DNA of 63,868 nt, the filler included. It is 12 parts of 12 records of this genome, joined end to end, with 100 filler letters (N's around TTAATTAATTAA, not from the genome) between each part and the next. Parts side by side here need not be neighbours in the genome. Positions count along the whole stretch, not along the records: positions 1 to 4,078 come from SRR15195285_1302; positions 4,179 to 12,273 come from SRR15195285_1305; 10 more parts are not named here. One strand, given 5' to 3'. Positions 1-11,800 of this stretch are shown piece by piece; positions within the stretch are counted from its first letter, which is position 1; the number at the start of each line of letters is the position of its first letter. The translations under genes and the position numbers were made by a program. Below the pieces are notes generated by a model. It had not been told where the DNA came from and ran no database searches. It saw only the letters and a program-made list of their open reading frames with translations.

Positions 1-30
1 GACTGACTGACTGACTGACTGACTGACTGA
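1..30. other. Artificial (GACT)n padding
   Basis: Perfect GACT tetramer repeat at the window start, placing TGA in all three forward frames. Confidence 0.8.
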
Positions 31-402
31 GGTGCTTGGCTGTGGCGGCGGCGGGGTGGGCGCTGCTGGTAGGGGTGTGGCGTAGCGTGGTGGTTGCGGG
101 GTCTCGTTGTCGTGAGGTGGACGGGCGCTAGCAGGGCGGGTTGGTGCGATGAGCGTGGGCATGACGATGCGCTGAGGGCTCTTGCCGCGGTCTAGTGGTA
201 GCTTTGTTGTGTCCATCGTACCACGCGGCGTGGTGGTAGTGGCATGTTCGTTAGCCTGGCCCATACGTAGCCGTGTGATGCGCAGGGCGTGGTGAGGCGT
301 CTGTGAGAGTGCTGGAGGCGGAGCCGTGAGGCCGCGGTGCTGATGCTGCGGGGTGGCCCAGATGGCGACTACTCGCCTCAGCTTTAGCTCTGAGCGGTGT
401 CG

Positions 403-3400
403 ATGAGCTGGTCCGACGACGAGGACATCGGGTTTGGCTTCGGCCGGAGCAAGTCCTTGGAGGACAGCGACGACTTTGAGTCGAGCTGGGACGCGCCGGA
501 GGTGGCGGCCAACGTGAAGGCTGCGGCGCCGGAGCCGGCCGAGGATGAGGACCTCTTCACGCTCGAGGGTGCCTCCGGCTTCTTGCCGCCCATCAGAGAC
601 ACGTCGTCGCCCGCGCATGAGGAGCCGCCACCCAGGGCCGCCGCCGCCGCGATCGGCAGCCGCTCGTCACCGCTGACTCTGCCAGACTTGTCGTTGTCGT
701 CGCCGCGGGCAGGCGTATCGTCACTGGACAGCAGGCTGGGCCCATCGCCGCCCAGCGGGCTTGGTGCAGTGGCGCTCGTGCCGCTGGTGCCACCAGCGTC
801 GTCCACGCCACGCCCAGAACCGGCGGTCGACGCGGCCGCCATCCGCGCACAGGCTCAGAGAGAGGCCGAGGCTCTGGAGGCAGAGCGTAAGCAGGCGGAG
901 GCGGACGCTGCGGCGTTTCGATTAGCGCTCGAGCAAGAAGCCGCCAAGCGGAAGGCTATCGCCGACGCGGAGGCACAAGAACAAGAGAAAGCTAGGCAAG
1001 AGGAGCTTGTACGGCAGGCCGCAGCGAGGCTCGAAGCAGAGCGAGCGGAGGCGGAGCGCCTGCAGCGCGTGCAGGAGGAGAATGAGCGGCAGCAGAGAAA
1101 ACGTGAGGAGGAAGCACGCGAACAGGCGCGGCATTTGGAGGAAGCACGGGCAGCACAGGCTGCCGAAGAGGAGGCTCGCGAACAGGCGCGGTTTGTGGAA
1201 GAGGCACGGGCAGCACAGGCATCCGAGGAACGGCGCATGAAGGAGGCTCAAGTACAGTCACACGGGGACACGAGCAACGCAAGTGGTTCCGACTACGCCG
1301 ACGACGATTTCGACGACGACTTCGAAGATGACGATAGCGATGGTGATGGTGGTGACAATGGGAACGGTTCGGGTGATTTTCCGGGTAAGGAAGCGATGGC
1401 GGCGCAGCCATGGGCAGAGCCAGAGCCCGAACCAGAGCTGAGGTCCCACGCTCCTCACATACCTGGGCCCAGGCCTGAGCCTGAACCCAAATCCGATGCA
1501 TTTGCGACGGACTCGACAAATTCGATCAGTGGCAGTCGTACTCACAGCGGTGATGGCCCTGAATGGTCTCCGAAAGGGTATTCGAGTCAGGTACCGCCTT
1601 TTGGTAGCAGCTTGGGTACTGCAGCCCTCGATGACTCAGGTTCGCCTTCCGGTGTAGCAGCGGCATCGAATGCGGCCGAGTCACACGGCTCCTTATCAGC
1701 TCTAGATCGATTAGCATTTGAAGCATCTGTCGCGGAAGGAGCATCACATATTGCGGACGAAATGGGGAAGGAGCTTGCGGCAGAGGTGACGAAAGCTCGG
1801 GCAGCGGTAGAGCAGGCGGAGGCAAACGACCACGAAACTGCTCGTACTAGTACTAGCGGATCTGGAGCGGCGGACTACAGCGATGAAGATTTCGAAGATT
1901 ACGCTGACGATGACGATTTCGAGGACGACGACGCAGGTCAAACCTCAGAGGACAAGGAGCACAATCTGTTTGCGCACGCATCCGTGCCAGTTTCCTCTGA
2001 GCGCGACCTTGAAACTTCGCCTGGGCAATCATTGTCACCCATCGGAGTGGTGGCAGCTCCAGCTGCAGCTCCGAGTTCACCTGTTAAATCACTGCTGGAT
2101 ACACTCGATGCAGCTGCAGGAGACAAGATCAGTCTGCCGCCTGCGAACAGTGAGGCAGCAGGCACTGCGCCGAAGGTACAGCAGCCAGACTTGCAACCAA
2201 CGCCTTCTGCGCAGCCTACGGCACCGAAGGTAAAACAGTCCGAATTGAAACCAGCGCCACCCGTGCAGCCTAAACCGACAAAGCTAGAGTCGCAGTCGCA
2301 GATGGGGATGAGAGCCCGGACGCGGGTCGAGGTGGCTTCTCTCAAGCCAGTTCCACCACCGGCAGGGACAGCACCACCGTCAAACGGCGCGTTCAGTAAG
2401 GCAGTGCATACCGAACGCGACGTAGAGCAGTGGCGGAAGAAGAAAAACCGTGAGGCGCGGCGCAAAGCAAGAGAAGCGAAGCGGCTTGCTGAGGAGGTGG
2501 AAGCGAAGGAACTCGCGAAGAAGGCGGCTGTGAAAGCAGCGCTTGAGGCAGCCAATGCACGGCGAAAACGCCGGGAAGCCAAGCAGCAGGTTGCGATTCG
2601 AGAAAAGAAGCGGAAGAAAAAGGAAGCCAAAGCCAAAGCGGCGGCCGAGCTGGCTGCAGCTATGGAGGCCGAGGCTCGTGCCAAGGAAGAAGAGCGGCTG
2701 CGCGAGGAAGAAAAGAAGCGGATGTTGCGTGAGCGAGGCCGTGCTGTAATCGAGCAGCAGCGCCTTGCTCGGAAAAAAGCAACAGAAGAAAAGAGGTTGC
2801 TGCGTCTCGAGAGGCGGCTGGCTGCGATGGAGCGCGAACATGCTGTCGCGTTGGTCTCCGACAGTGCGAACGAGAAGATAAAGCTAAATGCCCTGGCGAG
2901 TCGAGTTGCTCAATTGGAGAACGAAATTCAGGCAGAGGAACACGAAATCGATCAGCTCAAACTTCCTGCGATTGACATGCCAGCAGCACAGGTGCAATCA
3001 GCGCGGACACCACACTCGAAGAAGATGAATCTTGCTCCAGGTGAGGAGCGTGGCTGGGTCACAAACCGCACGCCGAAAGAGGCTACAGACCCAAAGGCGA
3101 AGGCAGCGAATGACATGGCGCGGAGTCGGCGTGCGGAGATAAAGGAAAATGACGGCCGTCGCCGGCAAAATAATCGAGATTTGTTGCGCAAGAAGCGTGC
3201 GGCACAGAAACAGATAGCCGCTGCAAAGCGGAATGCAGCGACGAAACTACAGTGCGTATACCGCGGGTTCAGTGTGCGCCTCAACGCCACGCGCGCCGCC
3301 ACAATGGCGCGCGAGCAGAATGAAGCAGCGACGCTCCTGGGTGCGAACTGGAGGGGAGCAAGGACCCGCCGCCACTTCCAGGGTGAGCGCAGGGCTGCAG

Positions 3401-3768
3401 AAGTTGCAGCAGCAGATGCCGTACTTGGTTCAGTCTTGCGCAACTGGTTTCCACAGCGGCAGCTTTGGCGGCGACGACGGACGCACGCTGAGACTCAACG
3501 CAAGCTTCAGGAACTTGCGAGCCAGGAGCTGGGTGCCTCGCAGATTCAGGCAGTGTATCGTGGACATCGCACGCGCAAGGAGCAAAAGTGGCGCGACACG
3601 CAAGAAGGCTCGCCGCAAGAGCAGCTGAGTACAGTACCTATGGTGCTGGCACCCGTGCCGCCAGCACCGGAGACGTCGCAGCGCAAAAAGCATCATCGGC
3701 GTGGCGTCGTGGGTGCACCTGCCGTGGTCACAGCCAACGCGACGCCGAGCCGCGCAATCTGGCTCTGA
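403..3768 (+). CDS. Large low-complexity coiled-coil protein with three IQ (calmodulin-binding) motifs
   Basis: Open ORF from ATG 403; E/A/R/K-rich coiled coils; two acidic DYxDDDF tracts; IQ-like motifs LQCVYRGFSVR, LGANWRGARTR, IQAVYRGHRTRK. Confidence 0.75.
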   Translation: MSWSDDEDIGFGFGRSKSLEDSDDFESSWDAPEVAANVKAAAPEPAEDEDLFTLEGASGFLPPIRDTSSPAHEEPPPRAAAAAIGSRSSPLTLPDLSLSSPRAGVSSLDSRLGPSPPSGLGAVALVPLVPPASSTPRPEPAVDAAAIRAQAQREAEALEAERKQAEADAAAFRLALEQEAAKRKAIADAEAQEQEKARQEELVRQAAARLEAERAEAERLQRVQEENERQQRKREEEAREQARHLEEARAAQAAEEEAREQARFVEEARAAQASEERRMKEAQVQSHGDTSNASGSDYADDDFDDDFEDDDSDGDGGDNGNGSGDFPGKEAMAAQPWAEPEPEPELRSHAPHIPGPRPEPEPKSDAFATDSTNSISGSRTHSGDGPEWSPKGYSSQVPPFGSSLGTAALDDSGSPSGVAAASNAAESHGSLSALDRLAFEASVAEGASHIADEMGKELAAEVTKARAAVEQAEANDHETARTSTSGSGAADYSDEDFEDYADDDDFEDDDAGQTSEDKEHNLFAHASVPVSSERDLETSPGQSLSPIGVVAAPAAAPSSPVKSLLDTLDAAAGDKISLPPANSEAAGTAPKVQQPDLQPTPSAQPTAPKVKQSELKPAPPVQPKPTKLESQSQMGMRARTRVEVASLKPVPPPAGTAPPSNGAFSKAVHTERDVEQWRKKKNREARRKAREAKRLAEEVEAKELAKKAAVKAALEAANARRKRREAKQQVAIREKKRKKKEAKAKAAAELAAAMEAEARAKEEERLREEEKKRMLRERGRAVIEQQRLARKKATEEKRLLRLERRLAAMEREHAVALVSDSANEKIKLNALASRVAQLENEIQAEEHEIDQLKLPAIDMPAAQVQSARTPHSKKMNLAPGEERGWVTNRTPKEATDPKAKAANDMARSRRAEIKENDGRRRQNNRDLLRKKRAAQKQIAAAKRNAATKLQCVYRGFSVRLNATRAATMAREQNEAATLLGANWRGARTRRHFQGERRAAEVAAADAVLGSVLRNWFPQRQLWRRRRTHAETQRKLQELASQELGASQIQAVYRGHRTRKEQKWRDTQEGSPQEQLSTVPMVLAPVPPAPETSQRKKHHRRGVVGAPAVVTANATPSRAIWL
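1105..1230 (+). repeat. Two-copy ~60-nt coding tandem repeat (EEEAREQARxxEEARAAQA)
   Basis: Near-identical units GAGGA.GC.CGCGAACAGGCGCGG...GCACGGGCAGCACAGGC. Confidence 0.8.
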
Positions 3769-4078
3769 TTTGCCGCCGACGCGAGCTCCGACCTGAGCTC
3801 ACCTCTTCGAGGTCTGTGTGCGTGTGCGAACGCACACAATCAAAGATGTACTTTTACACTTCGTAAATGTCTCACTAGCGTCCCCCTTTACGTAGTGTAG
3901 GGCTATGCCCGGGAGGTGCTAAACTCCGATTCGCCGCTACTTGGCATCTCGGTGGGCCATTATCCCAATAGACTAGCCCCCGCGTTTTCGTTAGCGGCGC
4001 GGCGCTTCCGCCGCCAAAGCAATCCCGCACCTGCTGCCGTGATCATCACCAGCACAACTACCACCGAAACCACACCCG

Positions 4079-4178
4079 NNNNNNNNNNNNNNNNNNNNNN
4101 NNNNNNNNNNNNNNNNNNNNNNTTAATTAATTAANNNNNNNNNNNNNNNNNNNNNNNNNNNNNNNNNNNNNNNNNNNN
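4079..4178. other. Artificial contig linker (N-run, TTAATTAATTAA, N-run); first of 11
   Basis: The same 100-nt linker also starts at about 12274, 17183, 20672, 27149, 30986, 36398, 43997, 49321, 53511 and 60635. Confidence 0.98.
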
Positions 4179-4277
4179 AGCAGCAGCAGCAGCAGCAGCG
4201 GCAGCAGGAGCAGGAGCAGGAGCAGCACCGCCACAACCACAGCCACAACCATGAATAGGTCAAAATAACTGACTGAC

Positions 4278-5122
4278 CTGCAATGCCCTGTTTCCGCACG
4301 ATGTAGGCTAGCAACGAGGGGACGCTGGCTTCTGCCATGGCGCGCTCGTCGGCATCTTTCGCCTTTACCAACGCCTGCTTCTGCACCTTGGCGCGGCGGC
4401 CGGGATCTGCAAGTGACAGCAGGTGATCATGGTGAGCTGGGCATGGGTAGCAATGAAGTAGTGCAGCAGCGACTCTGCGCACAGGTTACAGAGTCTGACA
4501 CTGCCCGCGAGTAGGCCCCGAGGAGGAAGGAGGCCACGGCCGAGAGCTCGCTACCCGGTCCTGACCTAGCCAGCCACATCGCCTTCACTGGTTCGTACGC
4601 CGCGAACTGCGTGGCAGGCTTGAGTGCGAGGAGTGTGTAGCCACCGATGCCAGCGTGGAGGTTGCCCTTGCGCCACACCTCTCCCGCGATTGTGAGTAGC
4701 CCCTGCGGCTCGTCGGTGCCCATGCGGTTGCGCATGATCACAGTCACCTTGTCGATCGGGATTGTGAAGGGAAGCTGGCACCACTCCGAGCAGTAGCCGA
4801 TGGCAAGCGTCGTCAAGGCTCCCGGAGCAGAGCCAACGAAACGCACGTACAGGCTTCGTATCAGCGTGTACGCAAAGAAGTAGCCGAACTTCTCGACCAT
4901 ACTCTGAAATCCCAAGATAATCGACGTCTTGCCCCACAGGCCCAGCACGCCATCCTTCTTCACAATACTCTTGACAATGGACACAATTCCCTCGCTTGAG
5001 CCAGACTGCATCCGCGTCTTGAGGACATCTAGCGGAAACAGCACGAGCGCCGACACGAATCCACCCAGCGCACCCGACAGTGCACCGGCGAACGCCTTTG
5101 TGAACTCCGAGGGCGCCGCCAT
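4278..5122 (-). CDS. Mitochondrial carrier family (SLC25) protein, probably peroxisomal adenine nucleotide carrier-like; 3' truncated, spliced
   Basis: Carrier signatures FPLDVLKTRMQ and IPIDKV; removing intron ~4407-4482 restores the third repeat YPGRRAKVQKQ; next donor GTCAGT near 4277. Confidence 0.85.
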
Positions 5123-5831
5123 CCTGACCGTTCAACACAGCAGCACGGGAAGGCAGGTCGCAGACGACGTAGTCGGGACGCGGTCAGGCTGACTACGGAC
5201 CCCTCGAGTACAGACAGAGACACAACCTAGTAGCTTTAAGCTGTAGCGTGGCAGCGCTGCGCACGGCGGGGACGAATGGCGAAGCCGATGGGCAGCCCGC
5301 GGCGGGTCCGTCAACGGCGTCGGCGATCGCGAAGCGCCGGATTGTATCCGCTTACGTGTGCACGCGCCCCAGGCAAGTTTCAACTGGAGTGTGGAGTCCA
5401 GAAGGTGGCGAAAATTCCGCTAGCTAGAGAGACCGAAAGTTCCGCTCCGATACGCGATAGATCAGGGGCACCTGGATAGATCTACAACCGATACACCCAA
5501 CACTGGGTTTGCGTATAAAGCGATATTCTGTATTCGAGCGCAGAGTCGCGCGCGCGCGTGGGCCCCGAACCGGCCCGGCGCGGGGCCCGCGGCCGCGCGG
5601 CGGCAACTTGCACTCGCGCGTGGTCGCCTCATCGCTCGCTTTTGGACCGATCGGCGATCGATGTCGCTCGGCCGACAGCGCAAGACGAGCTCACGCAACA
5701 CCACACACACACAACGAGGCTCAAGGTCCTTTCTTGAGCTCCGCTTCGTCCAGCTTAGGCCTACTGGGCTTGCTCGACACACCAGGCCCAGCGGTTCTTG
5801 ACCCCGGCGGCAGGAACATCCTCACACGGCC

Positions 5832-8675
5832 ATGGCACCATCTCTTCGCGCGATCTCTGCTGCGGCTGGCTTTCAGACACCGGACGACCTGTGCCAGTAC
5901 CCCTGCTCTGGTCCCTGCCGGGTTGATGCTACGCGCGAGGAGCTGCGCCGCCTCCGGCTGCTTCCAGAGATCAGCGCTGTGGTCTTGACCGTCAACGGCG
6001 GCAGCGACTCGTACGACAAGCTCTTCACGGAGGTCAAGCAGAAGGGCCCCGAGGGCAAGGCTGTGGCGGTGTACGAGGCCAACTACGAAGCCCTCGGGGC
6101 GATTGCCGCCGCGCTCCAGGGCGACCAGTCGCAAGGAGGCATCTACGCTGAGCTGGCACAGGATGTAGGCAGCTTGGCTGACCCGGCCAGCTTCGTGGCA
6201 AACCTTGAGTGCTGTGGCTGCTGCTCCGAGTCCGGGTTCGGAGCGCGCCCTGAAGCCAAGTCTGGCCTCTGGCAGCTTGTCGAGGCCTGTCTGAGCCGCG
6301 GCAGCTTCGTCATGGCATCTGACTTCTCGCTTAAGGCAATCATCAAGGAATGGAAGCAAGAACATCTCGGGCCACTACCGTTTGTGCAACTCCCAGGTGG
6401 GTGCAACACTTCCTTCGACTTGGGCTTTGACAGCGCAGATCTGATTACCGCGCCTTCAGCACAGCTGAATGTGGTCGGACAGCTCTGCGCAGACGGCAAG
6501 GCTGCGTCGCGCGCCATGGGAGGAACGATCGTCTATGCTATCGACAAAGTAGGTGCTGAAGCTGCAGGTGCAGCTGGCGTAACGCTGCAGGTGCTGACCG
6601 TCGTCGAGAAGGTGGACGGCATGAATACCTCTACAGATCCACGCTTCAAGCACCACCTCTGCACCGCAGGCGGTAGCTGTGGCGTAGCCGGCCACGTGTT
6701 ACTGACCTATCCGTCTGGTGGTCGCCTACTGACCTCGATGGGACACTGGATCGAGCTCACGAAGCTTCATGGATGCACGGAGGAATCTGTGCTCCAGGCA
6801 GCCGAGCGCCGCGGGGCGGCCTACTCGCGTGCTATCCGGGAAGAGCTCGACAGCTGCGCGACCCAATCAGAGCGCGACCGAGCGCTGCAACGGTGTGGGG
6901 CACAGTTGGTGCAGAATGCAGCGCCGTGCATGGTTCGCAACAGCGCGGGTGGGCTGTCCTATGAAGTAGACGACTCCACCAAGCTGCTGCGGTACCTCAT
7001 TCTCGGCTCAGAGGGTACTTACTACGTCCAGCCAAAGGAGCACACCGCTGCAAATCTTACTGCACTCCTGCGGATGCTGAAGGCAGGCAAAGGTGAGGAA
7101 GCAGTCTCCATCATCAAGGCTGTCAGCACGGAGGGACGAGCCGCACGCCAGACACCAACCTTGCTGGCGCTGGCGATGTGCTGCCAGCTGGGCGATCAAG
7201 CCACGAAGACCGCGGCGTATGCTGCCCTGCCAGTGGTGTGTCGGATTCCGACACATCTGATGGAATTTCTGGACAAGTCGGAAGCTGTAGCCAAAACGAA
7301 AGAAGGAGGTGGAAGCACCGGTTGGGGCCGAGCCCACCGTCGTGCAATCTCTTGCTGGTACAACGAGTTCCGCACCTCAAACGCCAAGGCGTTGGCTGAG
7401 GCAGTGACCAAGTACCAAAAGCGTCAGGGTTGGAGCCATCTGGACGCATTGCGGCTCTGCCACGTGAGGCCGTCGACGTCCGCCCATGCTGTGGTTTTTC
7501 GTTACATCGCCAAGGGTATAACTGCCGCAGCGGAGGCTGTGGAGCTGACAGCACCCGCAACTCCACCCAGAGATTCACAGCCACCGGCTGAAACAGCGGG
7601 AACGAAGAAACGTGTCCTCGAGGATTGTCCAGCTGCTTCTGCGTCGTCCGTTCTGGAGTATCTCAATGCTGTGGAGGAGATAAAGGCACTGAGCCCCACG
7701 AAGGATGCTCTAGACAGTGCAGACGCGACTGTGGATCGGTGCACTGAGCTGATAGAGACGCATAACCTCGTGCGTGAGCATGTACCCACGCATTTGCTGG
7801 GCTCCAAGAAAGTGTGGAAGTCTCTGCTCAAGAGGATGCCGATGACCGCGCTTCTACGCTCCCTCGCAAAGATCACCGCGTTGGGTGTACTGGATGACGT
7901 GTCAGCCGTCCATTCAATCGTGAAGCGACTTACGGATCCTGACGCAGTCGCCAAAGCACGGCTGCACCCGCTGTCAGTGTTGACTGCACACCGCACGTAT
8001 TCGTCTGGACAAGGCGACAAGGGAAGTCTTACCTGGACGCCCAACGCCGAGATATGTACAGCGCTGGAAAAAACTTTCACGCTGGCGTTTGCCACGGTCA
8101 GGCCAGCCGGCAAGCGGTTCCTGCTGGCGATTGACATATCTGAGTCGATGTCTGCACCAATCTCCGGTGGCGGCGGTGCCACGCTGAGCTGCGCAGAGGC
8201 AGCAGCTGTAATGGCTCTGATTCTCGCCAAGACTGAGCCTTCCTGCACTGTAATGGCGTTCGCGGAGACCTTCGTCCCAATGCCAATCAGCCCCGAGATG
8301 TCACTTGAGCAGGTGCTCGGTGCAGCAGAGAAGCTGCGTCTTACTGTTCAACCAGCTGGGACTGACTGCTCAGTGCCGATGCAGTGGGCGTTGCGGGAGC
8401 ACCTTCTCCCACAGCAGGTGGCAGGCCCGACGAGCTACGACTGCTTCGTTGTCTTTACAGACAACGAGACGTGGTCAGGAGAAATGCAGCCGGCAGATGC
8501 TCTGCGCCGCTACCGTGACGCCAGCGGAGTTGCGGATGCTCGGCTCGTGACCGTAGGCTTGGCGAGCAACGACTTCAGTATTGCTGACCCAGAGGACACC
8601 GGCATGCTGGATGTGGTTGGGTTCGACACCAGCGCACCCGATGTCATCGCAAACTTCGCCGCCGGACGCATCTGA
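5832..8675 (+). CDS. RO60: Ro60 (TROVE + vWA) RNA-binding protein with an extra N-terminal ~366-aa domain
   Basis: Ro60 motifs VRNSAGG..YEVDD..LLRYLILGSEG, GWGRAHRRAI, KYQKRQGWSHLDALRLCH, LVREHVPT, MPMTALLRSL, MIDAS DISES, FTDNETW, ADPEDTGMLDVVGFD. Confidence 0.93.
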   Translation: MAPSLRAISAAAGFQTPDDLCQYPCSGPCRVDATREELRRLRLLPEISAVVLTVNGGSDSYDKLFTEVKQKGPEGKAVAVYEANYEALGAIAAALQGDQSQGGIYAELAQDVGSLADPASFVANLECCGCCSESGFGARPEAKSGLWQLVEACLSRGSFVMASDFSLKAIIKEWKQEHLGPLPFVQLPGGCNTSFDLGFDSADLITAPSAQLNVVGQLCADGKAASRAMGGTIVYAIDKVGAEAAGAAGVTLQVLTVVEKVDGMNTSTDPRFKHHLCTAGGSCGVAGHVLLTYPSGGRLLTSMGHWIELTKLHGCTEESVLQAAERRGAAYSRAIREELDSCATQSERDRALQRCGAQLVQNAAPCMVRNSAGGLSYEVDDSTKLLRYLILGSEGTYYVQPKEHTAANLTALLRMLKAGKGEEAVSIIKAVSTEGRAARQTPTLLALAMCCQLGDQATKTAAYAALPVVCRIPTHLMEFLDKSEAVAKTKEGGGSTGWGRAHRRAISCWYNEFRTSNAKALAEAVTKYQKRQGWSHLDALRLCHVRPSTSAHAVVFRYIAKGITAAAEAVELTAPATPPRDSQPPAETAGTKKRVLEDCPAASASSVLEYLNAVEEIKALSPTKDALDSADATVDRCTELIETHNLVREHVPTHLLGSKKVWKSLLKRMPMTALLRSLAKITALGVLDDVSAVHSIVKRLTDPDAVAKARLHPLSVLTAHRTYSSGQGDKGSLTWTPNAEICTALEKTFTLAFATVRPAGKRFLLAIDISESMSAPISGGGGATLSCAEAAAVMALILAKTEPSCTVMAFAETFVPMPISPEMSLEQVLGAAEKLRLTVQPAGTDCSVPMQWALREHLLPQQVAGPTSYDCFVVFTDNETWSGEMQPADALRRYRDASGVADARLVTVGLASNDFSIADPEDTGMLDVVGFDTSAPDVIANFAAGRI

Positions 8676-8841
8676 GTGCTAGGGCCAAGATAGGATGAAA
8701 GTGGCCGAATTGAAGCGACAGATAGATAGCCTGCAATCTGGTCAAACCTAATGATAATAACAAGTTGGCCAACTAGTACTGCAACCACCACCCGCCCATG
8801 CATTCTTCTTACTGCCGTCACCTCTATGCATTGTGGTACTC

Positions 8842-11800
8842 TCAGTTCGTGCGCCCATGAGCCTCAATGAACTGTTGAAAATTTGAGGTGAGATCGGTCA
8901 GGTGCGTCTGCACAGTTGTGAACTGATCCTGAAGTTTTCCTTGCACGATGGTCACCTCCTTCTTCACGTTGGTAAGCTCGTCCGCTACGGCCTCCATCTG
9001 CTTGTCCACGCCCACGACAGCTGCCTTGCGTTTGAAGTGCTTCGGGTGTTTCAGTTCGTTAAGCCCGTGCCAAAATTCTTCACGGGTGATGTCATGGTCG
9101 CCGTCTGGGTCAAAGATGTCCGAAAGCAACGCCATGTACTCTGGCTCAGGCAACGTGGTGCTAACTAGCCACCTCTGCCACGGACTGAGGAATACCTGTA
9201 CTTGGACTATGGCTAAACAGTCTCGACCATTCCGACTACGAACCGCCTCTACTTGTCCGCCACCCGCCTGCTTCATCTTCCGCAAAACCTCCTTCACACC
9301 TTGCTCACTCCAGCCATCGCTTCTGTCGCTCCATGCGTCAATGATGCCTGAAAACTGGGCCTCTGCGTCTTTGCGAGTGGGGCATAGAGCTTTCAGCTTC
9401 AACCCGCGCTTTCGGTGCTCTTCCTTTTCGATTTGCACGCGCACGACAGCGGGCAACTTGGCACGGTACTCGGCATACTCGTCCAGGAAGCTGGCGAGAT
9501 TGGCGGCAGACAAAACCTGCACTGTTGTCATAGAAGGTGGGTGGCTTTCAGCAGTGCTCGGTGTCCATCGACGCCTGAGGAAATCCTTCCGACCCTCCCT
9601 GCTAATCAGAAGGTCAGCGGCTGGCGGCTGACCTTTTGCAAGGACAGTGTGCGTAGACTCCATGCGATCGACACCACCGCCGTGCCCCAGTGCTGACCGC
9701 TCGCCAAATATCTCACCTTTCCTCAAGAGCATCTCCACGTCGTCTCCTGCTAATGGGCGATCATACATCCCATCCTCATCGTACGGAGGGTCTGCACGTG
9801 CGATGCTTCTGCAGTAACCAGACGAGATGATGTAAGTATCCACACAGCTGTGGCCTTGCCGAATGATCTCTTCGCCGTCGGGGCATTCTCTGCATGGACC
9901 TCTAAACCTGAGAGGCTCGAGCCGTACGATCAAGTCCACGAGAGCGATCTCTGTCAGCGAGAAAAAGAGCTTCGATGTAGCGAGCAGCTTATAGGTGTCG
10001 CTGTAAATCGTCTTCACGACGTTGCGTGCCATCGCACCCTTGAGTCCACCCGGCATGAGCTCTAGCACATTGCGCTCGTCTATGGCTTTATGCTCGTGGA
10101 AAACACGGTCAAAGTGTGCACGGATCCTGATGCGTTCAGGCCGAGGAACACGATGGCTGCGAAGATACTCCTTGATTTTGGGCATCTTCTCGTTGTACTC
10201 TTGGATCTTTGGATCGAGTTTGCTTTCCATAATCACGGAGCTCAAAGTTCCTGCAGTGTACGCGAACGTGCATGTGCCGAGGATTTCGATGAATACCGCG
10301 AACATCATTTCAGAGTTGGTGACGGGGGTGATGTCCCCATATCCAACCGTCGTCAGTGTCGTCGCGGACCAGTACAGACTTGTGTAATATCGATCCCACA
10401 GCCTGTCCGTGTCGCTGCCTAACTCTGACAGCGCCGAAGTTTGGAACCAAGACGTGCAACCTTCCGTGCTGGGTGCTGTGCACTCCTCGACACCCTGCAC
10501 TCCAAGGAAATGCCACGCACAGGCAGTCCAGTGGGCCATTGTGATAGTTGTGCAGACTGCACGGAACACAGCCATCGCTTGATAGAACTCTCGAAGATCT
10601 TCGCAGTATTTGTCTAGCAACCTGCCAATCCGCGCCAGCCGCAGCAGCTTCGCTAGCCGCAGAAGCCTCAGAATGCGGATAGCTCGGGTTGACCCTACCA
10701 TCGTGCCGCCTTCCACACTTCCATCCGAGTTGATCTCATCGGTCGCCGCATCGACTATCAGCGCAATATACGTCACCGGCAGGCAGCTCACAAAATCTAC
10801 GACAAACCAGCCTCGTAGTGGCATTCTGGCGAGCTTGGTCACCACTAATGCGCACTGGCGGCACGAGCGTGGCACCCCGGCGTGACAGCAACGACCACAG
10901 CAGCACGTACAGATGTTCAAGCAAGCTGTCGCATCCCCGGCTTCCTCCTCTTTCTGAAACTTCACGTCCACGCTCATCAACGCGTCGCCATCCAGTGCCC
11001 CTCGAGTCGCCGCAAGTGCCATCCCTGACCCTGAAAAATTCTCGCGCGGCGTCCGTTCCAGGTCCGCCGGTACGATCGTGTAATTTTTCTGTGGCCCCCA
11101 TCCAAGGTAGTTCATCGCCACATCGCGGCCCCTCGACACTCGCAGGCCAAACGAGTCCATGTAGCCAGTGAAAAAGTTGAGGAAAAGATCCACGAAAAAG
11201 GTTAGGTCCGCGACCAGGTCGACAATGAACCACGCACTCCCGGGTTCGACTTCAATGTCAAACCCGATACGCAGCGGAACGCAGAACGCGACGTAGAAGA
11301 TCAGGACCAACAGCCACAAGTCCCACGAAACGCGGAACGCTCCGTCTGGATGAATAAACCATGTTTTCGGCTGGCAGCAGCGGATACCGTCCTGTCTCTG
11401 CCGCACATCCCGCTCCGATGCCTCCTGCAGATCGATGTCGCCGTAGTCGACGGCACTGGAAGGATCGTCGACGTCGCGTTCGTAGTCGGTGATGCCGTAT
11501 TGAAGAATGTGCTTGACGAACTCGCCTTTGCTCAGCATGTGTTCCTGCGGTTGATGGTGCGCTCGCGCTGCTGCATTTTCGCTCGCGAGGAAACCGTCCC
11601 AGAGGCTGAGGACATCATCATCGCGCACATCGCCGTACTCGGTGCGCATCATGTCCACGAATTCCGCCTGCAGGATACGACCGCGCGGGATCTTGGCGCC
11701 GGTATCGTCCTCGTCATAGGCGTACTCGTCGAACATTGCTCCCGGTTCCTTCGGCCTGTTCGGAGTGTTCGCAGTGGGAGACTCGACGTCGGTGCTGCGC

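Noticed and set aside
31-380. Strongly G/T-skewed stretch
   Set aside because: No periodicity, telomeric repeat or convincing ORF; function cannot be supported
407-416. GCTGGTCCGA, matching the 5' stem motif of Y RNAs
   Set aside because: It lies inside a coding region on a different contig from Ro60, with no complementary 3' stem seen; no Y RNA was recognisable next to the Ro60 gene either
8619-8630. GGTTCGA T-loop-like motifs (also ~11243, 32954)
   Set aside because: All are within coding exons and have no cloverleaf context
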